From Thermoleophilia bacterium (GTDB lineage: Bacteria > Actinomycetota > Thermoleophilia > RBG-16-64-13): a stretch of 64,000 nucleotides of DNA. The stretch is taken from NCBI GenBank assembly GCA_027493445.1, contig JAOSKU010000001.1, positions 1,803,936 to 1,867,935 of the forward strand, read 5' to 3'. The notes beneath the pieces were generated by a model that was given only the letters and a program-made list of their open reading frames with translations, made no database searches and was not told the DNA's origin. This document shows positions 50,972 to 60,835 of this stretch, in pieces (the stretch's first letter is position 1; the number at the start of each line of letters is the position of its first letter). A program made the position numbers and the translations under genes.

Positions 50972-51426
50972 TGATGACGGTTAAGCGAGCGTCTTCGTCC
51001 GTCATGCAGCCACTCCGTGCCGTTCGATCTCATCCCGGATCGGTAGGACCTGATACGGGCCCCGATTCCGGATCGTCGCGCCCGGTGGTCTTCGAACCGA
51101 AGAGCAGAATGTGCACGACGGGGAAGCGATTCCTCAACAGCCCGGCGGCCGCATCGATCGCCTCACGATCGGGAGTAGCGAGGGGGATGTCGGCCAGGGT
51201 CTTCATGGGTGCAGACTAACACGCCCGTGTTAGCTGCGCCTCGGCACTCGACGCGTGGGCGGCGTGGCGCGTGTGTCTCCTGTGGGACTTGCCAGTTGCC
51301 TCTCCAGGTCAGTATAGCTCAAGACTTACGCGACGAGCCCCTGGATTGCCGGCTGGGACTTATAGTGCGATGGCACAATTCATCAACTCGAGATGACATC
51401 CGGGCAGTAGTCGGCTGTGATCTTGA

Positions 51427-51767
51427 TCAAGTCCGCGCGGGAGCGACATCTCCCAGCCCAAGCTGCACCATCACCGCCCGCTCCACCCGTTGAAGCTCGG
51501 AAGGCGAGAGGCGGCCGGCCAGATCGATGAACCGAGCCTTGCCCACGGTGGTCAGTTGATCAGCCATGGCCTTGGCGGGCTTCCCTCTCAGCGTGACCCC
51601 CCGCCCTTCGAGGAGCCGAAAGCGACCCACCACACCTCACCCCGCTACAGAACCACGTGCGGACGGGCCAGCGCCTCCAGAAACCGGCTGATGTGCCGGG
51701 GCCCGACCACCCTGCGCAGGCCTTCGTGCACCTCTTCATCGACGGTTATGGTGAGCTTCCTTCTCAT
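51427..51767 (-). pseudogene. Antitoxin-MazF pair remnant with internal deletions
   Basis: MRRKLTITVDEEVHEGL; RGEVWWVAF; KAMADQLTTVGK (duplicates 42050-42145). Confidence 0.75.
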
Positions 51768-51935
51768 AGGGCCATCCTCTACACGTGTATCACGTGGGCC
51801 ACGCGCGGGCGCCCGGGCGAGCCACGAGATTCATCGCGCCGGGCCGGAAATCAGGTCTATCGTCTGCTCCCCAGCGGCGAGATCGGCCGCGAAGTCGCCG
51901 TGGTTGGCAACGTCCGCCCTGCCGAGGCCCTGCTG

Positions 51936-53084
51936 CTATCCGGGGTAGTCCCAGGCCGGGCCGAGATCGCGCACGGGAACCACCCAGATATCCTCCGCCA
52001 GCCGATAGGCCGTGCGGCCGGGATACACGACCCACAGACCGGCCAACTCAAGGTCCTCCATCGCGGCCTTCATGGAGCGGGTGAGTCGCGGCGCGTCCTG
52101 GTACTTGCACTCCACTCCCCACGTGCGACCACCCCACTGCCAGAAGAGATCAAGCTCAGCCCCCGCGTGGGTGCGCCAGAAGTAGAGTTCGTGGTCTTCG
52201 CGACCCAGCGCACGGCCGACCACCTCCAGGGCGAAGCCCTCCCACGAGGCACCCAACGCGGGGGAAGACTGCAGCTGCTCGAGTGATTCCAAGGAGAGCA
52301 GGGCATGAAGGAGGCCGCTGTCGCGCAGGTAGAGCTTGGGCCGGCGCACAACGCGTTTGCCGACGTTCGCCGCCCAGGGCTGAAGAAGGCGGATCATGAA
52401 CGCGCCCTCGAGGATCTCGCAATACCTGCGCACCGTCATGTCGGACACGGCGAACGAGCGCGCCAACTCGGAGTAGTTGAGCATCTGACCGTGGTAGTGG
52501 CTGAGCATGGTCCAGAAGCGACGCAGGGTGCGCGCCGGGATGGTGATGCCGAGCTGCGGGATGTCCCGCTCGAGGAAGGTCGAGATATACTGCCGGCGCC
52601 AGACGAGGCTTTCTTCTTCCGTGGATGCCAGGAACGAGCGCGGCAGTCCGCCTCTCAGCCAGAGCGTGGTGATGCTCTCCGGCCCTACGTCGCTCACGCG
52701 GAAACCGCTCAGTTGATGGAAGGCGATACGGCCCGCCAGTGTCTCTGAGCTCTGTCGCAGGAGGTCACGAGACGCGCCTCCCAGGATGAGATACTTCTGA
52801 CCCTCGCCGCGGTCGACCAGGTAGCGAAGCAGAGGGAAGAGGTCGGGCAGGCGCTGGATCTCATCGATAACGATCAAACCCCTCAGCTCTTCGAGGGCCA
52901 ATTGCGGTTGCTCCAACCGGGCGAGATCGCGCGGGTTCTCGAGGTCGAAGGAGTGGTCCGCTTTGAATGATCGGGCCAGCGTTGTCTTCCCGCACTGGCG
53001 TGGCCCCAGGATGGCCGTGACCGGAAAGGCGGCCAAGAGCTTGGAGACGGCCTTGAAGTCCTGTGTCCGCAGGATGAGGCTCAT
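51936..53084 (-). CDS. AAA_14 + DUF4143 ATP-binding protein
   Basis: GPRQCGKTT, IDEIQ, RGGLP, PKLYLRDSG, SWEG and FWRTHAGAELDL..VECK motifs. Confidence 0.92.
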   Translation of the reverse strand: MSLILRTQDFKAVSKLLAAFPVTAILGPRQCGKTTLARSFKADHSFDLENPRDLARLEQPQLALEELRGLIVIDEIQRLPDLFPLLRYLVDRGEGQKYLILGGASRDLLRQSSETLAGRIAFHQLSGFRVSDVGPESITTLWLRGGLPRSFLASTEEESLVWRRQYISTFLERDIPQLGITIPARTLRRFWTMLSHYHGQMLNYSELARSFAVSDMTVRRYCEILEGAFMIRLLQPWAANVGKRVVRRPKLYLRDSGLLHALLSLESLEQLQSSPALGASWEGFALEVVGRALGREDHELYFWRTHAGAELDLFWQWGGRTWGVECKYQDAPRLTRSMKAAMEDLELAGLWVVYPGRTAYRLAEDIWVVPVRDLGPAWDYPG

Positions 53085-53335
53085 GGCCCAGGATAGGCAC
53101 AGAACCTTGAAAACTCCAGCCCTTGGTTTGATATTTCAATGATAAGCGGCAGTCTGGAGATCAAGCCCTGGCCGAAGGGGACACCGAAGAGGCCCTCGCT
53201 GACGTCACGTCGCGTCGCCGAGGCGACAGCCCCGTAGCACGCGTATCCCCGCGGCATCGAGGACCTCTTCATGCAGGTCATTCATCGACACCCAGGAGGT
53301 TCATCCAGGCCTGCGCGACGCGGGGCGGTGGTGCT

Positions 53336-53453
53336 TTAGGAAGAGCGCCGTAGCTATGTGGGCGGGCACGCAGGACAAGGCCGCCCAGAGGTCCTGCGGA
53401 CGCGGCGGCCGGAGCTCCTCACCTGGCGACGAGGATGCCGACGGCCTTGACGC
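53336..53453. repeat. ~120-bp dispersed repeat, copy 2
   Basis: Aligns to 17845-17963. Confidence 0.75.
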
Positions 53454-53468
53454 CACCAGGCCCGCGCT

Positions 53469-53635
53469 TAGCAGGCTGCTGAAAAACGAAACCTCGGCCG
53501 CCGGACAGCACTGGGAGGCGTCGTGCGTCGTCCTCCGTCGCGCCCGTAGCGCTGCTACGAGCGCTCCCTGCGTCCTTGCCTGGCGCGTTCCCAGCACACC
53601 CCGGCGGCGAAGCGTCATTCTTCAGCAGCCCGTTA
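53469..53635 (-). mobile_element. MITE (~167 bp) with terminal inverted repeats
   Basis: tagcaggctgctgaa...ttcagcagcccgtta; its reverse complement aligns to 55189-55355. Confidence 0.8.
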
Positions 53636-54076
53636 GCGCATGAGGTCCTGCGCGGCAGCCGCCCGCCGGATACCGGGGAGCCCGTCGAAATGTCCGTCGA
53701 AGCTCGCGACCACCGGCATTCCGCCGGGCTCGGGGCCGACGCCCCGCACCGCCGCAAACGCGGCCAGATACGCGTCCACCAGGGGGACGGGGCGGTCCCG
53801 CAGCACCTCCACCATCCGCCAAAGCACGTCACGCTGGTCGAACGCGAGCCCGGGGCACTCGAGTAGCGACGCCAGCAGCGCCGCCGCCGCCCCCCGCTCC
53901 AGACCGAGCACACGCAGAAGCACGAACCCCGTCTCCACCACGATCACCGCAGGAACGAAGAGCTCCACCTGCGCCTGCGCAGCGGCCGCGAAGAGGTCGC
54001 GGGCGGCCGCGGCCGACTCCGGAGGCTCCCCCGTCAGAAAGCGGACGATGACGCTCGTGTCGAGGTAGACCCTCAC
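53633..54076 (-). CDS. vapC: VapC PIN toxin
   Basis: VYLDTSVIVRFL, VVETGFVL, LVDAYL and SFDGHF motifs. Confidence 0.85.
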   Translation of the reverse strand: MRVYLDTSVIVRFLTGEPPESAAAARDLFAAAAQAQVELFVPAVIVVETGFVLLRVLGLERGAAAALLASLLECPGLAFDQRDVLWRMVEVLRDRPVPLVDAYLAAFAAVRGVGPEPGGMPVVASFDGHFDGLPGIRRAAAAQDLMR

Positions 54077-54345
54077 GCCGGCAGGTCCCGGTCGAGCCGC
54101 TCGGATGCCTCGTCCGCCCACGCGGCCGCAGCCGTCCCGCGCAGGGCGGCCTCTCCGCCAGGCACGAGCGAGGCACGATCGCCTAACGATCCGGCCAGCT
54201 CAGCCCAGGGCGCCACCCGCCGGAGCTCCACCCTCCCACCCGCGAGCGACACCTCCACTACATCCCCCTCGCGGATACCAAGAGCCTCCCGGATCTCTTG
54301 GGGTATGGTGATCTGTCCCTTTCGGGTAACCTTGGAAGTCGGCAT
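54073..54345 (-). CDS. AbrB/MazE antitoxin
   Basis: SKVTRKGQITIPQEIREALGIREGD. Confidence 0.9.
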   Translation of the reverse strand: MPTSKVTRKGQITIPQEIREALGIREGDVVEVSLAGGRVELRRVAPWAELAGSLGDRASLVPGGEAALRGTAAAAWADEASERLDRDLPA

Positions 54346-54444
54346 ACACAACTCCATGTGAGAAGTAGTACCTATATACCCAAGTATATACTATGCGACT
54401 TTGGTTGGAGCTTGCTCCCGACTCCGGCGCGACCCGCTAGCAAG

Positions 54445-54555
54445 CAGGCGTCGTCGAACATGGCGTAGTACGCGCGGTTGCAGGCTCGGTTCACCGCGAA
54501 GCTGTAGCGAGCAGCCTGGTACTCCGCCTTTGCCAAGGCCGTGGCTTCGGCGGGG
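54445..54555 (-). pseudogene. HEPN fragment
   Basis: AEYQAARYSFAVNRACNRAYYAMF; duplicates 49460-49525. Confidence 0.7.
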
Positions 54556-54624
54556 AAGAGGAGTTTGTGCACGGATTTGCCGCGGACGTCATGCCTGGCC
54601 TTACAGCTCGGGCTCCCCTCTTGA

Positions 54625-54853
54625 CGCTATGTCGTTTCGCGCGAATCGAGACCGGAGTGCTGCTGCGAAGGCTCCAGCGCGGTGAGCTGATCGGGCTGCC
54701 GCATTCGAGACCCATGGCGTCGATCGGGCCGCGATGTCACGAGCTGCGCATCGTCGACAGAACGCGACCTGGCGTGTGGTCTACCGCATCGACAGCGACG
54801 CCATCGTGATGATCGACGCGTGCAGGCGCCGGCTCCGGGAGTACGATGCCGTA
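54625..54853 (+). pseudogene. RelE/HigB (Gp49-like) toxin remnant
   Basis: LRRLQRGE..PHSRPMASIGPRCHELRI, WRVVYRID and CRRRLREYD, with frameshift and deletion. Confidence 0.75.
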
Positions 54854-54873
54854 GGCGGGAAGGGGTGAGCGTC

Positions 54874-55191
54874 ATGGACAAGACCAAGAAGAGCCGTCTC
54901 GAGGCCGCCGGCTGGCGGGTCGGGGACGCGGCCGACTTCCTCGGAATGAGTCCTGAGGAGGCCGCGTTTGTCGAACTCAAGCTGGCCCTCGCGGCTTACC
55001 TTCGAGACGTGCGTACGCAGCGCGGCTGGACGCAGGCACAGGTCGCCCGGCAGCTCGGTTCCAGCCAATCCCGCGTCGCCAAGATGGAAGCGGCGGATGG
55101 ATCCGTCTCCGTCGACCTGCTCGTGAAGTCGCTTCTAGCCCTCGGTGCCTCGCGCAAGGAAGTGGGCCGGGTCATCGCACGGGCGGCCTAG
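54874..55191 (+). CDS. XRE-family HTH antitoxin (HigA-like)
   Basis: LEAAGWRVGDAADFLG and WTQAQVARQLGSSQSRVAKME motifs. Confidence 0.88.
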   Translation: MDKTKKSRLEAAGWRVGDAADFLGMSPEEAAFVELKLALAAYLRDVRTQRGWTQAQVARQLGSSQSRVAKMEAADGSVSVDLLVKSLLALGASRKEVGRVIARAA

Positions 55192-55355
55192 CAGGCTGTC
55201 GGGAAATGACGCTTCGCCGCCGGAGTGCGCTGGGTACGCGCCAGGCAAGGACGCAAGGAGCGCTCGTAGCAGCGCTACGGGCGCGACTGAGGACAACGCA
55301 TGGCGCCGCCCAGTGCGCTCCGGCGGCCGAGGTTTCTTTTTCCGACAGCCTCCTG
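55189..55355 (+). mobile_element. MITE (~167 bp), second full copy
   Basis: tagcaggctgtcgggaaa...tttccgacagcctcctg. Confidence 0.8.
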
Positions 55356-55469
55356 GCACGATCCTCTGCCGTTGGCAGCCGCCTCACCCGACCCGGACGA
55401 CGACTACTTGTCGGCGTTGGCCGGCAGGGAGCCGGCGGCGGCGCCGCGGCGACTTGACTGACTCTCGGT

Positions 55470-55810
55470 CAGGTCGCTGACGTACCGCTCGATCTTGGCG
55501 AAGGGCTTCAAGCATATCCGCCACCAACAACTCGAGTGAGCATTCGATAGTCTCGGCAAGCGTGACAAAGCGCAAGCCGATCGAGGGGTCAACGTCGACC
55601 AGGATATCGACGTCGCTCTGCTCGGTGGCATCACCGGTGGCGTACGAGCCAAATAGCCCCATGCTGCGCACGCCGAACCGCGCCTCCAGCTCCGGCTTCT
55701 TGCTTCTCAGGACAGCGAGGATCTCCTCGCGACTTGGGCGGCGTGGATCGCCTCACGGTCGGGAGTAGCAAGGGGGATGTCGACCAACGTCCTCATGGGT
55801 GCAGACTACC
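55470..55810 (-). pseudogene. Chimeric MNT/HepT remnant
   Basis: MRTLVDIPLATPDREAI joined to EEILAVLRSKKPELEARFGVRSMGLFGSYATG..SDVDILV, then LLVADMLEA-AKIERYV. Confidence 0.75.
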
Positions 55811-56348
55811 ATGCGTATCGCCGTGGTGCGCCTCGAGGCCGAAGACTCCCGACCACCGTCTCGAAAGGAGGCAGGTCGGGAACGAGAGGTTCAAGCCACT
55901 GGTTCCAAGTGCTCTGGACGTGAGCAAGCATGACAGGCTGAAAGAAGTCTTCCGCACCCATGAACGTCACCTGACGGACGGCACATTTCGCGGCCACGAA
56001 CGACGCAAAGGCTGCGAAGTCCATCTGATCTCCGTAAGAGCCGAGGATGCGCCATAGATCATAGAAATCCCGGGCACGCGACCGACTCCAGCCCCGCTCA
56101 TTCAGCATTTCGACGTGCTGAAGGATAGCTCGAAGCTTCTCGGCGACAATCTCCTCCATTGAATACACGCGTACCGTCGCAGTGAGAGCCTCACCGTACT
56201 CGTGGAGTATCGCCCGGGACGGTGTCGGCTTGAACACCTGTTCGTCCATTGAGATCTCGACCATAACATGGGTGTGTGGTTGCCGGTGCCATGGGAAACG
56301 GGCTCTGACCGAGAAGGCTTCTTCAAGCCGACTGCGCAGGGGTCTCAT
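55806..56348 (-). pseudogene. AbiEii toxin with N-terminal catalytic region deleted
   Basis: MRPLRSRLEEA jumps to VEISMDE, YSMEEIVAEKLRA and RARDFYD; no GGT or SEDLD motif. Confidence 0.78.
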
Positions 56349-56995
56349 GACCCCGTTCTTCCCGGCAGATTCACCCGGATCATCCAGCGACGGTTGTATG
56401 GACCGCGACGGGGCCCGCTTGGGTCCAGATTCCGATAGCCGACGATAGGCAGCCCGGCGAGAGCGCGCAGCTTGTTCGGCAGAACCCCTGATTCTTCGAG
56501 CACCCAGCCCAGCCGCTTGGCCGTCGCCACATCAAGCCTGAGGGCATAGTCGATGATCCTGGAGAGGTCCAGGCGCTCGCCGCGCACCTCAAAAGCGTGA
56601 AGGCTCTCTGAAAAGTCACCGCAGTATTGAGGCCTTGACAACCCATCGAGCAGCGTGCGTTCGGGATCGGTTATCGCAACGCGAGCCTCGCCGATCCAGA
56701 CCTGTTCCGTCCCGAAGAACCATTCGCGCTTGGTCTGTACGAACTGGTAGATCGTGCCGGCAACGGAAAACCCGTCCGCCCCGCCGGCATCCCGGTGACC
56801 TCGAAAACGAGGTACAGGGACGTCCAACGGGGTCAGGACGAACACTCTCCGGGGAATCTGTTCGGTGAGGCCGTGATGGTGCATGGCCGACCAATGGCTG
56901 ATGGCGCTTGGACGAGCCAGGGCCATGGCTATTTCGAACTCATGAACAGGCGCAACACCCGGCATGGCCGTGGAGACAGCGTAGAGTCCTTCTAA
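56345..56995 (-). pseudogene. AbiEi antitoxin, 5'-truncated
   Basis: ISHWSAMHHHGLTEQIP, TDPERTLLD and KRLGW motifs; HTH N-terminus missing. Confidence 0.75.
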
Positions 56996-57375
56996 AGATG
57001 CGGTCCCCTTCGGCGACCATTCTGCGGACGAGTTCGATGCCGGCTCTAGTGTGGATGGGCTGTTCCCGTGTCATGCAGCAACTTTATGGTGATTGTTCGC
57101 TGGTGTCCAACAATCGCCAGTACACTACTGTGGGGTTCCGGCCACTTGCGGCGAATAGTGTCTCATCAGGTCGACGCACAACAGGGTCTCGTTCACCGTC
57201 TCCCGCGGCGACAGGACCTTGGCGGAGACGGGCTCGCAATTGAGGAGCGGCGCCTCGGCAAGCCCTCTAAATCGCGCAGGAACGCAAGGATTCCCTGTGG
57301 CGCGACGCGATAGAGATCGGAAGGCAACGATGAAGCACCACGTCCTCCTAGGACGGCCCGGGAGCCCGATCTCTC

Positions 57376-58191
57376 CTACGTGCTCAGCAACCCGGCCGCA
57401 ATTTCAAAGGCCTCGTCGAAACCCAGCGAGTCAACCACCAGGTAGGCGAGGGACGACTCCCAACTGGCGCGGTACTCGGCTCGCCGGGCGCGGAACCGGG
57501 CGGCCGCCCCCTCCAGAACCAAAGCCTTGCGTTTGGTCTTGCGCGGCAACGCCTCGAGCGCGGCACCTGTGTCCGCTCCTCGGCGCACCAATTGCGCGAT
57601 GTCATAGACGTCACGGGCGATGGCGTAGCGTCGCTGTCCGCCAACCGCGCGCAGCTTCTCTGCGAGAATCTCCTCGAGCGCGTAGCATTCGACCGACGAC
57701 ACCCCCAGGCCGGCCGCGTCGTCGTACTCGTGCATGAGCGCGCGGTTGACCGCGTCGAACACGAGCTCCTCATCGGCACTCAAATGGAACTGCATGTTGG
57801 GCGGATTCGGCGTGCGCAAAGCCCCGCGGTAGGGCACCTTGATCTCGATTGACTCGCGACCGTGCTCATCGTTTTGGACGATCGTCCTCGCGTCTTCCAT
57901 GAGCAATCGAATGCCCGCACTGCCTGCCCTCGGCGCTGCGTTCTGCACCAGCGATAGCGCAACGGCAGGAGTCAAGCGACCCGCCACCGTGAAGTCCAAG
58001 TCCTCCGAGAAGCGGTAGTCGCCGAAGTGGCACTTGCGAAGGCAGGTCCCGCCCTTGAACACCCAGCGCGCTGACGAGAGATCCGGCGACAGGGCCCACA
58101 AGACAACCCCTAGCGCATGGTCGCGATCGATCACGGCGGGGTCCACGCCCAGCCTGCGGGCAAGGGACTTGACGGAGGCCTCTGGTATCAC
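57376..58191 (-). CDS. AbiEii nucleotidyltransferase toxin
   Basis: FKGGTCLRK, RFSEDLDF, EILAEKLRA and RDVYD motifs. Confidence 0.92.
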   Translation of the reverse strand: MIPEASVKSLARRLGVDPAVIDRDHALGVVLWALSPDLSSARWVFKGGTCLRKCHFGDYRFSEDLDFTVAGRLTPAVALSLVQNAAPRAGSAGIRLLMEDARTIVQNDEHGRESIEIKVPYRGALRTPNPPNMQFHLSADEELVFDAVNRALMHEYDDAAGLGVSSVECYALEEILAEKLRAVGGQRRYAIARDVYDIAQLVRRGADTGAALEALPRKTKRKALVLEGAAARFRARRAEYRASWESSLAYLVVDSLGFDEAFEIAAGLLST

Positions 58192-59003
58192 GCCCGGTCA
58201 TCTCCGTCGAATCCGCCCGCGTTCACCTGCAGGTTCCACCTACGCAGTGTTCGCCCGGTATGGGGACCGCCTCGCTCGAGCGAGGTGAAGCCCGCACCGA
58301 TCCGCGCCCGCCATGAGTCGAGCCACTCCTCCGCTCCCGGAAGTGCCGCGTTCTCCGCCAGAAAACCCAGGCGCTTGGGCACTGTCCCGCTGCTGAAACG
58401 CGTCATGTACGCACTGAGCTTCTGGAGGTCAAGCTGCGACCACGCCGCACGCAATGCGGGCATGACCTCGCCGATGCCCCCCGCGAGATCGGGGCGATCC
58501 ATGACGTCGACGATCGTGCGCTCGGGATCCGTCACCCGAACACGCAGGCCCCCACGCCATTCCTCGCTGATACCGAAAACCCTGACGGGCTTCAACGTGA
58601 CGAACTTGTAGGGCACGCCCAAGATGATCGCATGCGACTTGAACCGGCGCACCGGAGTCACGAAGAACTGCGTGCGTGGCAACTGTGTGGTCCATCCCCA
58701 GTGACGGACGGCGGTCCAGTAGGCCGCGCCCCCCTCCGGCACGAGGAGGCTGCCGATCACGAGGGGGTCCTCGCTCCAGTCACGATCGGTCCCAGCCGCG
58801 AGCGGAACGAGCATGTACTTGCCCCGCTCCAGTCGTTCGAGCCATCCTTTGCGCTCCAGTTGGGCCAAGGAGTTGCGTGCGTATTGCCCACCGCCCCAGA
58901 ACCCAGCCGCCTGCTCGAACGAGAAAACGTCCCGCCCTGCTCCGGCCATGGTAGCAAGGAACTCGGCCTCTCGCGGTCCAAGTTCCGTTATAGTTCGAGC
59001 CAT
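58188..59003 (-). CDS. AbiEi antitoxin
   Basis: GWLERLERGKY, YWTAVRHWG, TDPERTIVD and KRLGF motifs; GGAGG RBS; GTGA coupling. Confidence 0.9.
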   Translation of the reverse strand: MARTITELGPREAEFLATMAGAGRDVFSFEQAAGFWGGGQYARNSLAQLERKGWLERLERGKYMLVPLAAGTDRDWSEDPLVIGSLLVPEGGAAYWTAVRHWGWTTQLPRTQFFVTPVRRFKSHAIILGVPYKFVTLKPVRVFGISEEWRGGLRVRVTDPERTIVDVMDRPDLAGGIGEVMPALRAAWSQLDLQKLSAYMTRFSSGTVPKRLGFLAENAALPGAEEWLDSWRARIGAGFTSLERGGPHTGRTLRRWNLQVNAGGFDGDDRA

Positions 59004-59109
59004 GTTAATAACCTCCAAACAGTTATCTTCATGACGCGTACTATACTACAACGTCAGGGCCTGCCGTGCCCATCGACGACCGAAGCAGCCTCGAGCCCGG
59101 CCGAGGCAT

Positions 59110-59383
59110 GATCCTCAACGCCGGCGGCGCGGGTGGTCACGAGGGTGGCCGGCGACGAGTTGGTGACCTCGGATCGTGCACAGAGGGCGTATCTGAGAGG
59201 TTCCCGGCGCCGCGGTAATCGCTCGGCCTTGCGCTCCAGTCCGCGTATGAGCCTGCCTCCGTCTTCAGACCGGGTCCATTTGGCTTCCCCTACCAGCGTG
59301 GCCTCCCGAGCTCGAGCGTTCAGAACGACGGCGTCGATCGATGACGATGAGACCTCTCAGATCCTCCCGGGCCAGCTGCGACT
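59110..59383 (-). pseudogene. ATPase remnants (DUF234-type C-terminus and an AAA_14 Walker B fragment)
   Basis: IDAVVL..VGEAKW; EDLRGLIVID. Confidence 0.6.
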
Positions 59384-60290
59384 TTACCGCCCCCGGTGCC
59401 ACTCCCAGGCGTCACGCACTATGTGCTCGAGTGACCCGCGCTCGGGGCGCCAGCCGAGCACTTCCCTGGCCCGCTCATTGGAGGCGATGAGGGTGGCCGG
59501 ATCGCCCGCCCGTCTTGGGCCCATGGTGATCTTGACTTCTCGCCCCGTGACCTCAGCACAGGTGCGCAGCACCTCCAGGCTGGAGAATCCGCGTCCGTTT
59601 CCCAGGTTGAACACTGCGCCCCGCCCGAGCCCGCCTGGACGCCAGCCTCCACACCCTCTGCCCCGCCCCCACCGCCCAGCCACTCTAACCCCAGCCTATG
59701 CGCCTCCGCCAGATCGAGCACGTGGACGAAAGTCGCGCACGTAGGTGCCATCGGGCGTGGGATAGTCGCTGCCGTTGACCTCGAACTCGGCCTTAACTCC
59801 GCCCATAGCCTGCAGGACCCGGGGAATGATGTCCGTCTCAGGTTCGTGCCTCTCCCCCAGAAAGCCGTCCGGCTAGGCCCCGGCCACGTTGAAGTAGCGG
59901 AACCTCACGGTGCGCAAGCCGTGCAGGAGTCCATACCAGTCGAGCAACTGCTCGAACATGAGCTTGGAGCCCCCATAGGCGTTCACGGGAAGAAGGCGCG
60001 CATCTTCGGGAATGGGTACGGCCTCGGACTCTCCGTAGACCGCCGCTGTGGACGAGAACACCAGTCCCCGCACCCCATGCCTCACCATGGCTTCCAGCAT
60101 GACCAAAGGAGCGGCCACGTTGTTCTGGAAGGAGCGTCCGGGGTGGGCCTGCGACTCGGCTACCTCGATGTAGCCGGCAAGGTGCATGACGGCGTCCATG
60201 CCGGGCAGGATCTGGTCGAGGAGCTCGGCGTCACCTACCCTGCCGACGACCAGCGTAGCCCGCGGGTCGACCGCCTCGGCGAGCCGGCGC
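59384..60290 (-). pseudogene. galE: UDP-glucose 4-epimerase pseudogene, copy 1
   Basis: VMHLAGYIEVAES, FSSTAAVYG, YGGSK, FRYFNVAGA*, FNLGNG and RRAGDP; has a stop, frameshifts and no N-terminus. Confidence 0.85.
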
Positions 60291-60796
60291 CGCCGGTGAC
60301 GAGGAAGTTCATACGGTTAACCGTAGCAAGTGAGCGACGCGACAGGTACCACATGTTGATTTCCAGGCGCACCGACCAGTTGTTAGGGTACCGGCGGTCG
60401 AGCCGCAGGTGTCGTCGCGGGTCGAAGATACGGCAACTGCTTGAATGGGTCTTCGTCTAGCCCATTTTGATCCCCTGGATGAGTCGATGATGACCTCCAA
60501 ACGTTAGGAGTCGCACGCCCATGAAGTCGTAGGCTGGCGGCACGAAACCGTCGAGTTCCAAGGCCCGGGACCGACCTCAGGCGCGGTGGTTACCGAAACT
60601 CATTCCGCGGGGAAAGCCAGTTTCCACTATGCACCGCCCCGGCCATCCTGACGCCGGGGCAGCAGGGAGCCCATCGGACTTTGCTTGCACGGGACGGGGC
60701 CCATCCCCGGCCGTCGGGATACGTGTTCATTTAGAGCAGAAGATCGCCAATTCCGAAAGGAGTGTCTCTAAGAGGGCAATGCTCCAATAGAGAAGA

Positions 60797-60828
60797 TAAT
60801 CGCAAAAATCGCGATTAACCTCTATACT
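60797..60828 (+). promoter_or_regulatory. Inverted repeat plus -10 box upstream of abiEi
   Basis: taatcgc-N7-gcgatta, then TATACT 7 nt before ATG. Confidence 0.5.
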
Positions 60829-60835
60829 GGAGCAC

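Larger units (their letters stand above)
49455..51206 (-). pseudogene. MNT-HEPN pair remnant interrupted by IS256
   Basis: MKTLADIP..LLFGSK (internally deleted MNT); HEPN start MTDEDARLTVI|RYWLEKSAEAM..AVNRA is restored by removing the IS and one duplication. Confidence 0.8.

Noticed and set aside
33600-59000. Integron or CALIN cassette array explaining the TA density
   Set aside because: No integron integrase and no regularly spaced attC-like sites were seen. IntegronFinder would be decisive.
60300-60720. Possible coding remnant between galE and abiEi
   Set aside because: No frame gave a family I could recognise.
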